Source of the DNA: Mantamonas sphyraenae STR306
Lineage: Eukaryota > Protista > CRuMs
DNA length: 64,000 bases
Direction of reading: 5' to 3'
Assembly: GCA_026936335.1 (NCBI GenBank)
Contig: JAPMXV010000004.1
Span: 310,001-374,000 of the forward strand
Made by a program: the position numbers and the translations under genes. This document shows positions 24,260-35,000 of this stretch, piece after piece (position 1 is the first letter of the stretch; each line of letters opens with the position of its first letter). A model generated the notes under the pieces. It saw nothing but the letters and a program-made list of their open reading frames with translations. It did no database searches and was not told where the DNA came from.

Positions 24260-25444
24260 ATGGCGTCGGTGGAACTGTACGAGCAGGGCAGCGACGCGTG
24301 GGAGGACATCGAGCTGCCGGACAATGTTTATGGGCAACAGGTGCGTGCACATTTTGAGCCGATGTGGAATGTGGCGAGCACAGCGTACATGGCGAACATT
24401 GAGACTCAGCTGGCGTTGGCGGTGGTGGACAAACACCTTGTGTTTCCGGTGACAGTGACGTCAAGTGAACAGTATGGCAACTGCTTCACATGCTCGCCAT
24501 GGGGGCAGTATGTGGATTACGGGGCGGTGGAAGTGGAGAGTGCTCCGCTTCCGCGTGTGGCAAAATGGGCCATTCTGTGTGTGCTTTGGACGTTGGGGTG
24601 GCTCTTTCGCATGCTCAAGGTCAGCCAGGTGGTGACGGTGAACAACTGGATGTTGACGACGAACCTGTGGCCGGCCGACAAGGAACTGACGGCCGGAAGG
24701 CTAGAGTCGCTGGTGCAGGCTATTAGCACACGGTGGCCACACCACGCCGTGTACTTTCGTTCAGTGAATGATAGTGTGCAGCCAGGCTTGCTGAAACGGC
24801 TCGGCAGGCTCGGGGCGGTGGTGTTTGGTTCGCGCTCGGTGTATTTGTACGACGAGGAGCGGCCACCGAGCAAGAAGCAACGGCGGAAGATGAAGAAGGA
24901 TGTGGCTCTGTTGCAGAGTGACACACAGGCGTACGAAGTGGTGGATGGGCGGACAGTATGCACGAGCCCGGAGGGAGTTGCACGGCTACAATGGCTGTAC
25001 AACAAGCTTTACCTGGAGCGGTACAGCGAGAAGAACGTGCAGTTCACACGGAGGTTTGTAAAGGAGATGGTGGAGAGAGAAGCGCTGCAGGTGCGTGTGC
25101 TGCGTCATCGCGAGAGCGGATCGCTGGATGCGTTGCTGGGGTTCTTTGAGCGAGATGGAGTGATGACGACGCCTGTGTTTGGATATGACACAGACATACC
25201 TGCATCAGTGGGTCTGTATCGTTTGCTTTCAGTCATCCTGATGCTTCATGCAGAGGAGCACGGTCTGAGGCTGAACCAAAGCAGCGGCGCAGCAGAGTTT
25301 AAGATCCAACGGGGCAGCTACCAGACGTACGAGTACTGTGCTGCGTACTGCAAGCATCTGGCCTGGTGGCGCAGCATTCCGTTTCTGACTCTGGTGCCCC
25401 TGATGGGGCTGATGCTGAGAGTGACGACACGTTTGCGGTTGTAG
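24260..25444 (+). CDS. Bacterial-type GNAT/FemAB-fold protein (394 aa, intronless)
   Basis: 'NCFTCSPWGQYVDYG', 'VNNWMLTTNLWP', 'HAVYFRSVN', 'SRSVYL', 'LYNKLYLERYSEKNVQFT', 'TTPVFGYDT...GLYRLL' and 'NQSSGAAEFKIQRG' match my recollection of a conserved bacterial GNAT-like family. Confidence 0.75.
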   Translation: MASVELYEQGSDAWEDIELPDNVYGQQVRAHFEPMWNVASTAYMANIETQLALAVVDKHLVFPVTVTSSEQYGNCFTCSPWGQYVDYGAVEVESAPLPRVAKWAILCVLWTLGWLFRMLKVSQVVTVNNWMLTTNLWPADKELTAGRLESLVQAISTRWPHHAVYFRSVNDSVQPGLLKRLGRLGAVVFGSRSVYLYDEERPPSKKQRRKMKKDVALLQSDTQAYEVVDGRTVCTSPEGVARLQWLYNKLYLERYSEKNVQFTRRFVKEMVEREALQVRVLRHRESGSLDALLGFFERDGVMTTPVFGYDTDIPASVGLYRLLSVILMLHAEEHGLRLNQSSGAAEFKIQRGSYQTYEYCAAYCKHLAWWRSIPFLTLVPLMGLMLRVTTRLRL

Positions 25445-25609
25445 ATCTGCGAGGACGCATGGTTACGGGGGGGGGGGATGGGGAGTGTGGGGTACGTGTG
25501 CGTGTGCTGGGCGGATTCAATGGAGCATGGGCGCATCTGAAGGGTGGGAACTGGGTTGGGAGGGAAGTCGGCGGTGGAGGCAAAAAGAAAAAAAGCACAT
25601 TTGCAGAGC

Positions 25610-27541
25610 ATGCTGGACACTCTGGACATTGTGCTGCTGGTCGTGTACCTCGTGATCATTGTGGGTATTGGTGTGTGGGTGTCACGTGGGAGCAAGGAGA
25701 GCACAGAAGACTACTTCTTGGCGAGCAACGAGCTGAAGAGTTGGGCGCTGGCAGCGTCGGGGATGGCGTCCAACCTGGACATCAGTGGGACGATGATCAA
25801 CACCACGTGGGTGTACGTGCTGGGCATGACTGGCTTTTACATTGAACTGCGCGGTGGCGTGACACTTGCGTTGGCGTACCTGATGTGTTTTGGCAAATCA
25901 CACGACGCGCGCCAAACCTGTGATGACAGTGTCGGAATGGATGCAGTTCCGGTTCGGCAATGGCAAACAGGGTAACTTTGCACGCCTGGTGATGGCCATT
26001 TGCTTGATCCTGTACCACGTAGCGCAGATATCGTACTTTGCGATCGGGTCGGGCAAGTTCCTTGGGCAGTTCCTAGGCATGGACTACTTTTCGGCCGCAT
26101 GCATCATGGTGGGTACAGCGCTGATTTACACGCTGACGAGTGGGCTGAGTGGCGTGGTTTGGACGGACGTGGCTCAGAGCGCAGTGATCTTTTCAGCCAT
26201 CGTCTATGTGGTGATCAACACCATGGTGAACTACACGGTGCCTGAATCGTTCTTTGTGAGTGTCCCTGCGAGTGCAGGTGGATTCATGACGCTGGAGCAG
26301 ACGCGTTCGTCGTGGACAAATGTGTTGCCGCCGTGGGAAGCGGATGTGCTTCCGACGAGCTCGGCGTACAGCGTGTACCGTCCGTTTGGCACGGTGATCA
26401 TGTTCTACATGCTCAAGACTGCGTTTGAAGGGTTTGCAGGTCCGCAGGGCTACATGTCTCAGCGCTATCTGGCGGCGAAGGACGAAAAGAGCGCGGGGGA
26501 GATGACGCTGTTGTGGACGATCCTGCTGGCGTTTCGCTGGCCGTTCATTGCATCGATCGCTGTGATGGCAGCGCATCTGAGCGCAAAGGCGCCCGTGGTT
26601 GTGGATCCTGAGCAAATCCTGCCCTTTGTTGTGGACACACAGTTCCCCACAGGGCTGAAGGGTCTGGTGGTCGCCAGCTTTGTCAGTGCGGGCTCGTCAA
26701 CATTTGACAGCACATGCAACGCTGGGGCGAGCTACTGGGTGAAGGATGTGTACCAGGCGTTCATCAACCCGGCTGCAAGCGAAAAGAAGCTGATGATGCA
26801 GAGTCGCATCAGTACGGTATTGATTGTGGTTGTTGGTATGGCATGTACGCTGCTGTTTGACGACGTCAACTCGATCTGGGGATTCATGAACAGCTCGCTG
26901 GGCGCCGGATTCTTCATTCCGTTTTGCCTGCGGTGGTACGTGTGGCGAGTGAATGGGTACGGCTTTGGTGCAGGAGTGCTTGCAGGCACACTTGCAGCGT
27001 TGGTGCAAAAGGGGTGGCGCCGGACATGGAGGAGTATTGGGCGTTGATTCTGGCGTCTTTGGTGTCGCTTGCGTTCACACTGGCAGTGTCTGCAGTGACA
27101 GAGGCGACAGAGGACGAGGTCCTGACCAAGTTTTACAACAAGACGCGTCCGTGGGGTCTGTGGAGGGAGGTGCAGAGCAAGCTGCCACGCGCAACGCGGG
27201 ACGCGATTGACAAGGAGAACCGCAGTGACCTGCTCATGCTGTGTGTGACTGTTCCGTGGCAGATTTTCATGTTTTTGATGTGGATGATGGTTCCTGTGGA
27301 GTTGTGGACTGAGTTTGGCGTGTTTGCGCTGATCACAGGTGTGCTGTCGCTGCTGATTTGGCGGTTCTGGTGGCGTCGACTCGGAGAACACGTGAGCACA
27401 CCGGCAGACGGCGAAGAAGAGACGGGATTCAGTAGACTGGACAACACAAAAGGGTACGGCACCCCTGAAGAGGACGAAGACGAAGGGGAAGGAGTGGCGG
27501 AGGGGGACGAAGCGGGATTGGTGGCGAATGCAGCTCGTTGA
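25610..27541 (+). CDS. Sodium:solute symporter (SSS/SLC5 family), split by two apparent frameshifts (~25895, ~27012)
   Basis: 'EDYFLA', 'SGMASNLDISGTM', 'EWMQFRFG', 'SGLSGVVWTDVAQ', 'SQRYLAAKDE', 'GLKGLVVA...STFDS...NAGASYWVKDVY', 'RWYVWRVNG' and 'FYNKTRPWGLW' are spread over ORFs 25544, 25890 and 26924. Confidence 0.85.
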
Positions 27542-27543
27542 TT

Positions 27544-28653
27544 TCAGTGGGGCATGTGCGCAGTGGAAGAGCCGACTTTTGTCGAAGAAGAAGAGGAGGA
27601 TGACGAGGAGGACGAGGAGGATCCGACTGTGGGACGTCGGCGGTGGGAGTCTTGAGTTGCGGTCGTTGAGGGAGCGAGCTGCCAAAGAGGCGCTTCTTGA
27701 CACTGGCACGTGCTTCAGAGGCAGAAGATGCAATTGAGGGAGGGCGGGGACGCTTGCGGCCGGAAACGTTGGGTGAAAACGTCTTGAGATAGTTGCTGGA
27801 AGTTGTGGATCGAGGGCCTTGAAACTTGAGGGGCGATGGTGAGGAGGCAGTGACAGCCGGGGTTGCAAAGCGCAAGGGAGATGCGTCAAAGAGGGATTTT
27901 GGTCCAGGGGAGGAGGAGGAGGAGGCAGGGGCAAACAGGTTGAACCGTGTAGGGATGGGCTGGTTGACCGCGGGATGAGATGATGAGGCTGACGAGGAGG
28001 AGGAGGAGGAGGAGGAGGAGGATGACGAAGAGGATGCAGAGGATGAGGATACGGTGAGTGCTCGAAGTTCACGTGTCTTTTGGGTCAGCTTGGCCTCGAG
28101 GAGATCGACGCGCTGGCGCAGGTCTTGGTTGGCTTGATCCTGTTCATCGAGCTGCTGCTGAAGTTGCAATGTGCGCTTGCGGGAGTCGAGGATCTCTGTG
28201 GTCAGTTGGGCGCTGTGCTGTTGCGAACGGTGGAGCATCATGGTCTGCTGGTAGACATAAAATTCGATGGCGACCTCGGCGGCGTGGAGCGCGGCACGTG
28301 GCTGCATGCCGATCATGCCGCTGGGTGGAGGGGCCTTGGAGATATCGATGCGCAGCACGGCATCACTGGATGGTGGTGGGTCCACCGTGGTGGGTGGTGG
28401 AGGGGGGGGGAAACGGGCATGGGAGTGAGCGATGTGTGGGAGTTTGCTCGAAAGCGGAGCGTCAAGTCAGGAATCGACGCACCTTCGTGTGAGTGAAGTG
28501 AAGCACACGGGACATGTGCCCTCATTCTTTGTCTTGAAGTGCTGGACAGCATCGTTGTTGCATAGAATGTGGCCACAGGAGGTGACAAAGAGGATGCTGT
28601 CCATGGGTTCCCAGCAGAGATTGCAGACGAAAGACGATTCATTTTGCGTCATT
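27544..28653 (-). CDS. HEI10: HEI10/CCNB1IP1-like RING plus coiled-coil E3 ligase (in frame with an upstream PB1 domain)
   Basis: RING 'CNLCWEPM....VTSCGHILC...D......TCPVC..SL', intron 28366..28482, then 'MIGMQPRAALHAAEVAIEFYVYQQ', a coiled coil and a Ser-rich tail. The 3' end at TGA 27544-27546 assumes one indel near 27630; as assembled the frame runs to 27429, overlapping the symporter. Confidence 0.75.
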
Positions 28654-30065
28654 GGAAAGGTTGGTGGAGGGCGAGGCGCACGTGGGTGGTTGCTATAGTA
28701 GGACGAGGGCACAAGCGACAGCACAAGCTTGAGCGGATCCGATGCAGACTCGCGCGTGGCGATTGCTTCGGAGAGCTCCTCCTGAGAGAGCACGAGGCAC
28801 TCATCTCCGTCTTCGTCAACATAGGTGATTTTGAAGAAGCCCTCACCGTGATTGCGGTAAAGGCGCTGGATTGTGGCGACGAGCGAAGCAAAGGTTGTGG
28901 TGGTGCTGATCTTGACGCGGCGCACGTCGCCTTGCAGACGCAGCTTGAGCGGCACAATCGTGCCCGAAGAGGACGTGGTGGTGGTGGTGGTGGTGGTTGA
29001 AGAGGTCTGTTGGGGCTGGGTTGGGCTGGCTTCCGGCTGTGAGGGCCCGGATTGGGAAGGGTCGGACTGGCTGGATTCTGGCTCTGCGGTTTCTTGAGTG
29101 TCCTGATGCTCGTTGGCAGCAGCCTGAGGACTCTTTCAAGACCCATTCGGGCACTTCCTCCCATGCATAGTAGGTCTGTGATTCGCTTTCGCCAGAAAAC
29201 GGGGAGAAGGAAGAGTCGACAAACGCGGCCTGGGTGAAGGGGTCAAGGGTGAGCTCTTCCCACACGACACTGGGCTCTGCGGCGTAGCCCAAGTCGCTGA
29301 CGAGTGTGTAGAGCTTCCCGTCGTGTTTGGTGAGGGTGGAAAAGTGGTTTGTTGCGGAAGAGGACGGCGAGCTGATCCTCGTCGAGCTGCTTGAGCAGCT
29401 GGTCGACGCCAGCCTGGGTGAGCTGCTGAGCAGTCTCGTGCAGAAACTGGTCGGCCACGTTTTGCGTCGCTGATGATCTGGCGCAGCTCGTCAGCAGACT
29501 TTCCGGCAAGAGCGGCGTCGGAAACGCCGGTGTCGTCGCGTTTGTGTTGTTCGGCCTTTGCAGCACCGGTTTCTGTGTGCTGGGACACGTCGTCCATGGA
29601 AAGAAGCTCTGCAGCCTCCATCTTTTGAAGGAGCAAGTCGCCCAGCTGGTCGTACGTGTGGTCAGCCACCACGCGAATCTGCTCGTCGTCTTCGGGCACC
29701 CAGGCGTGCACCAGGAGAACGTCAAAGATGCTGAAGAAGTCCTTGCCACGGTCGTCTGCAAAGCTGTAGCAGGCGTTGAAGATGGGGTTGATGTCCAGGC
29801 CAAAGTGGAGGTTTGGGGCGAGTTCCAGCAGCTCCTCCAGCGCCCCTTCGGCGAGCTTGTGTTGGTTTTCAAACAGGGCGTTGACCACCTGTTCCAGCAG
29901 CTGTTCAAGGGTCACCACGCCTTGCTGCTGCAGAAACAGCTTTTGCTCGAGCAGGAGCACGTTGCAAAGGGCAATCAGTGGGCAGGGCCCGTTTTCGTTT
30001 TGCAGCACAATCTCGCATTGACGCCCCTTGTGCACAATCGGTTTCAAGGTGAAGAAGTCGCTCAT
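28654..30065 (-). CDS. MINDY1/2-type deubiquitinase followed by a PB1 domain (three apparent +1 insertions in A runs)
   Basis: Catalytic Cys box 'QNENGPCPLIALCNVLLL', 'GLDINPIF', 'LVHAWVP', 'QQLTQAG', His box 'VLFRN(N)HFSTL' and 'GYAAEPSVVWEEL'. After a Q/S/T linker comes PB1 'LKLRLQGDVRRV...FKITYVDEDGDECLVLSQEELSEA'. Frames shift at ~29462, ~29349 and ~29135. Confidence 0.8.
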
Positions 30066-30548
30066 GGGTTACTTTGTGGCAGTGGAGGGGTGAGCTGGTT
30101 TTGGATTTGTGAGGCAGTCTGTTCTCAGGGCCTTCCAAGGGTCGGGCAGCCATGACCGGGTCATCGAGCGTGAGGAGACGCTTTTCGGACTGGACAGACA
30201 GAGATGGCGGCAACAGAATTGAATGGGAAGAACGTCCTTTTTGACTCCATTCTTGGGTGCGGTTTGTTCAGTCTGTTCTCCAGAATCGGCTCCTTCCAAA
30301 GGCGCTTCTCGGGATGCAGCCATGACCGCATCGTCATCGTCGCCTCGAAGTTGTCCAAACCAACCACATCGAGGCTTCCGAGGTCCTCCAGCTCTTGAAC
30401 CGCTGCTTCATGGTCTTCTTTGCTGCAGATGTAGCGCCAGAGTTGCTCTTCGTTCTTCTCAGTCGATTTTGGATCTCGAATAGACATGATGCTCTTGACT
30501 TGGTCCATGTGGTGCACAGGGAGCCGTTCATTTTGAGCCCACGATGCC

Positions 30549-30592
30549 GATGCAGTCGGATGCAGTCACCGATGCAGTCAGATGCAGTCACC
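30549..30592. repeat. Four tandem copies of GATGCAGTC (10-12 bp period)
   Basis: gatgcagtcg gatgcagtcacc gatgcagtca gatgcagtcacc, read directly. Confidence 0.9.
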
Positions 30593-30674
30593 TCACCAAG
30601 CACAAGCAACTGCTTTGCAACCCATTCAATTGCATTCGCATCCTTCATTGCTTCGGCAAGTCACCCTGTCCCGT

Positions 30675-31359
30675 TCAATACGTGAGAACAATTGCGCCAA
30701 AGCTCAACCCGGCTCCGGTGCCAAAAAGCAACACGCGGTTGCCCCGTTGGATTTTCCCGCTGTGAATGCCTTCGTAGAGCGCATTCGGGATGGTTGACGC
30801 AATGGTGTTGCCGTATTTGCCGAGCACCCAGACCAGTTTGTCGATGTCCCACCCCAGACTCTGCAGCGTCTTGAACCCCTTTCGCGACGTTTGGTGAGGA
30901 CACACGACATCAAACGCATCCAAGGATGACGACAAGCCCTCCTCCACCTCTTCAAAAAAGTCAAACCCGTACTCCAGGGCCAGATCCACAACCTTGCGCC
31001 CCTGCATGCTAAACAGGAGGTCTTCCTTCCTCGTTCGTGGGTTTGTGGTCGGATGCAGAGTCGAGCCACCACCTCGGATGGTGGTCAGCTCGGCCCCGAC
31101 TCCGTATGTGCGAAAGAGGAACCTCGACAATTTGCTCTGCTCCCCCTCGGGCGTCCGTCCCACCACCATCGCTGTGCCCATGTCTCCAAACAGCCCAGCT
31201 GTGTGTGGATCCTTCATATTCAGTGCACACGACGACACCTCGCCGCCCGTGATCAGCACGTACTTCACTGAGCCCTGCTGCAAGAACATGCTCGCCACTT
31301 TTAGCGCCGTCAACGCGCTCAAGCAAGTCGCGTGCACGCTGAACGACGGGATACCTGCT

Positions 31360-31415
<56 letters not shown>

Positions 31416-31958
31416 CACATCCATGCACCCAACCACACAGCCCCGGCAGTGTTTCATGCGTGTCAGTAGCGGCGCGAGAGAAAATTTGGCAGGAGCCCGC
31501 AAACGCACACGCGCTGCTTCCTACATCCCACACCTTCCCCACACCACCATTCATCACTCACCCGACTCGCCCAGGCCGAGTTCCCGTTGCACAAACGGAG
31601 CACTGTCCGGAATTGGCTGTGCTGGGCTTCCACTCGCCGAAATAATCAAGTCCACGTCGCTGGCCTTCAACCCTGCACTTTCCAACGCCTCCCGTGCCGC
31701 CTCTGCAGCCATTGTATGTGCATTTTCGCCCTCGGCGCACCAGTACCGTGTTTGCACACCCATTTTCCGCTCCACCGTTCCTTCTGCTACCCCACACATA
31801 CGGTCAACCTCGCTTGAAAGAACAAGCCGCGAGGGCACACTTCGACCCACGCCCAAAATCTTCACGGGCACCTCGTCTGCATCGCCAGCCATGCGCCCGC
31901 TTACTGGCTCAACACTTCCTGGCGCCACGTGGCCCAAGATGGCGTTTACCCTGTGCAT
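30675..31958 (-). CDS. 3-oxoacyl-ACP synthase III (FabH/OleA-like) condensing enzyme with a PTS2-like N-terminus
   Basis: complement(join(30675..31354,31562..31958)), 358 aa. The Cys-His-Asn triad is intact (ATCLS, PHQTS, GNTIASTIP); also 'LFGDMG' and 'GTGAGLSFG'. The N-terminus reads MH-RVNAILGHV. Confidence 0.9.
31364..31413. repeat. (CA)25 microsatellite in the FabH-like intron
   Basis: Read directly. Confidence 0.95.
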
Positions 31959-32015
31959 CTTTGCGGAAGACTGGTTTTGTTTTTCTTCTGCGTTGACCCA
32001 CGCCACTAATGCTCA

Positions 32016-35000
32016 TCATCCAAACCAATCCAACGCATTCTCCATCATCTTGTCGTCCACGTCGTCGGCATCCACTTCGTCGTCTGCAAACTCGTCCTCA
32101 AAGCCAAACGCGTTGTTGTCGTTCGCAAACGCCCCCATCGCTGCCACATCCATTGCATTGCTCAGCACAGGGATTGCCAACGAATCCACAATGCTGGCGC
32201 GTGCTTCCTCTGCAGCCTGAGCCCGCTTGCGAGCCACCTTTTGCGGACTGGCCACCGTGCCTCCTGCACGTCCCTGCCTGCGTCCTGCTCGCCCACCGGT
32301 CTCCGCGTCCTCCTCTGCCTTCGCCTTGGCCGGTGGCATGTCCACCAGCGACGACATGCTTCGCAATTCCTTCTTCAGCGATGCGTACTGTGATTCTTCC
32401 TCGTCCTCCGCCCGGTTGGCGTGTCCGCCGCCGATTCGTGACAGAGCGTCGCCCATCTCCGACACCTCTTCGTCCACGTGCACCTCTGTGCCACGGTCCT
32501 CCGGTGCAGGCACAAAGCTGATCTCCTCTTCCATGGCACCGTCTCCGCCAACACGCATGCCAAGGTCTCCTGCCTCTAGATCCCTGTCGTCGTCCGTTTC
32601 ACTCGTGCGCCACGTGCCCTTGATCCTCTCCTTGCGTTCGCTCTCGGGATCCATTGCGCTTGCCCGTGACAGCCGTGCAAGGATGCCCAGAGCTGCCGCC
32701 TTGTTCCCGCTGAGCTCCGCCTTCTTTCCTCCACTCTCTGAGCTCCCTGGCTTTGCCAGTGGCCTCAGAGGCGGCAGCGCCACGCGCGATGGTGGCTCGC
32801 TCTCGCTTCCACTTCCTGCTTGCTGCTCCTCCTCTGTGTCCGAATCCATGCGCATTCGCATCGTCGGGATGGGTTCCAGACGCAGTGGCGATGACGTTTT
32901 GCGTCCAGCTGTGCCCACTCCGTCGTTCTCCTCGTCGTCTGTGCCTGTCAAACGCCACGCCTGCATCGGGTCCCGCTTCGGAGTCGCCTTGGTCGTGCCT
33001 GCGCCAGACGCACTCAATGCGCCCATGGCCGCTACCATGCGACCCCCGCTTCATCATCTTGCGCTTCACGATGCTGCGCAGGCGCAGGTTGCGCTTCGTT
33101 TCCTCCTGCTCACGCATCTTTGCCTTGAACGACTCGATGTCCTGCCGGATGCGGTACAGCTTCAGGAACAGACGCACCGTGCCAGTCATCATCACCAGCA
33201 CATACGACACGACCAACAGCAGCTGCACAGCAATCCCTCCTAGCGCAGCTTCTTCCCGGATCGGCGACCCAGGCATCATTGCAAGCAGGAGACCCAGAAT
33301 GATGGCTCGCACAACCGCACTCACAAGCTCCAGCCCAAACAGAGTGCGCTCCTTCTGCGGACGGAACCATCCGATGGCAACCAATTCGATCACAGTCATC
33401 ACCAACAGCACAATTGTCTGTGCAACGGGCATCGACGCCATGAACGCAACCGTCACCGCCGTCACAAGTTTGCGCACAAACACAAGCACAACAAACCAGA
33501 TGCGCTCGTCACGCAGACCTGTCAGGAAGGGCCCAAACAGTTTGATCTGGTGCACAGACGCACGCGGAGCAATGTAGAACACATACGCGGCTGCCAGCAC
33601 AGGCATACCAATCACAAATGCAACAGCCCACAGAACTGCGACGCCATACACCGTGCCATCCACCCAGCTGCTTGAATCTCCCGGTCCCAATGTCAAGTGG
33701 TACAACGCCATTGTCGTCAGCGCCAGGTAGAACACCATGCTGGCTCGGATCACAAACTTGCCAAACGTAAACGGCGTCTCCGCAGCCTTCTCCTGGAACA
33801 GCGCCTGTGCACGCTTGGCTCCCTTTGGTGTGCGCTTCGCCCGCTTTGTGTTGTGCACCAGGTAGTACTTGATGCCCAGCAGCAGCAACACAAGCCCGAG
33901 CAGAAGCGACACCAGAATCATAAAGTACGCCAGCGCGCTCGGGAACAGGTCCCTGTCCGACGCCCCAATCGTCTCGCCGTAGGTTTCCAACGACAGCAGG
34001 CGACGGCCCGTTCCTCCAGTACCGTCGGCCAAGGCCACAGCGCTGCTGTTTTTGCCTCCACTTGCAGTGCCGTTCGCGGCTCCACCCTCGCCTGCCCAAA
34101 GGCGGCGCCAGACCCAGCATCACGATGCCAAATCCACCCGTGAACCCTGTGTACGACGCAGGCAGGTCGCCACCCGTCTGTCCCGTCGCTACGAAAAACT
34201 GCACGTTGTCCACCAGCGAGAACACGTCTCCACCTTGCTGCGCCTGAGCCTGAGCTTGAGCGTGTGCAGCGGACCCGCCTCCTCCTCCTCCACCACCACC
34301 GCCGCCACCACCGCCACCACCGCCGCCACCACCACCACCGCCACCAGCACCTCCACCAGCTCCTCCACCAGCTCCACCAGCTCCAGCTCCACCAGCACCA
34401 CCAGCTCCACCTGCTCCTGCTCCTGCGCCCGCACCTGCGCCCGCACCCGCACCCGCACCCGCACCCGCTGCAGCTCCACCTGCTGCCGCTCCGGATGAGG
34501 CTGCTGCTGCTGCTGCTGCAGGGGCGGCTGCACTCACCGCTGCACTCGCGGCCACATTCGCCACAACCACAGTCACCACCGCCACGGTGGCACTCGTGGC
34601 GGCTTCGCCACTGTCCACCACGCTGCAGTCGGTGCCCGAGTACGTCAACTGACACTGGCACGTGTTGTCAATCAAACACGTGCCGTGGCCGCTGCATGCA
34701 TTGGGGCAATTGAAGCATGTCGTCCCGTTGCCGCCACAAACGCCACAGCGATCATAGACTTTGCCCGAGAACGCCACGCCGTCACAGCCCGCACAGGCGT
34801 TGTTGCCATCGCACACACCGCAGTCATCGTACGCGATGCCCGAGTTTGGCACACCGTCGCAACCCAGGCACGTGGAATTGTTTCCGTCGCACACTCCACA
34901 CGCATCGTACACAGTGCCCGAGTACGGCAGACCGTCGCAGCCTGCACACGTCGCGTTTGTACCATTGCACACTCCGCATGCGTCAAACACAAGCCCCGTG

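Noticed and set aside
29130-29470. Programmed +1 frameshifting at AAA runs (Euplotes-like) in MINDY
   Set aside because: The shifts are not at AAA-stop sites, and indels elsewhere involve C, G and T runs in both directions; sequencing error is more parsimonious.
30549-30592. GATGCAGTC array as CRISPR
   Set aside because: 9-bp units with 1-3-bp spacers, no cas genes, eukaryotic context.
30161-30648. Small ORFs 30161..30517 and 30334..30648 as genes
   Set aside because: No recognisable motifs, atypical codon usage, and one spans a tandem repeat; not listed as CDS.
24260-31958. Bacterial contamination or chimeric contig
   Set aside because: The bacterial-type genes are interleaved with eukaryotic genes and share local codon usage and skew, and the FabH-like gene has a spliceosomal intron.
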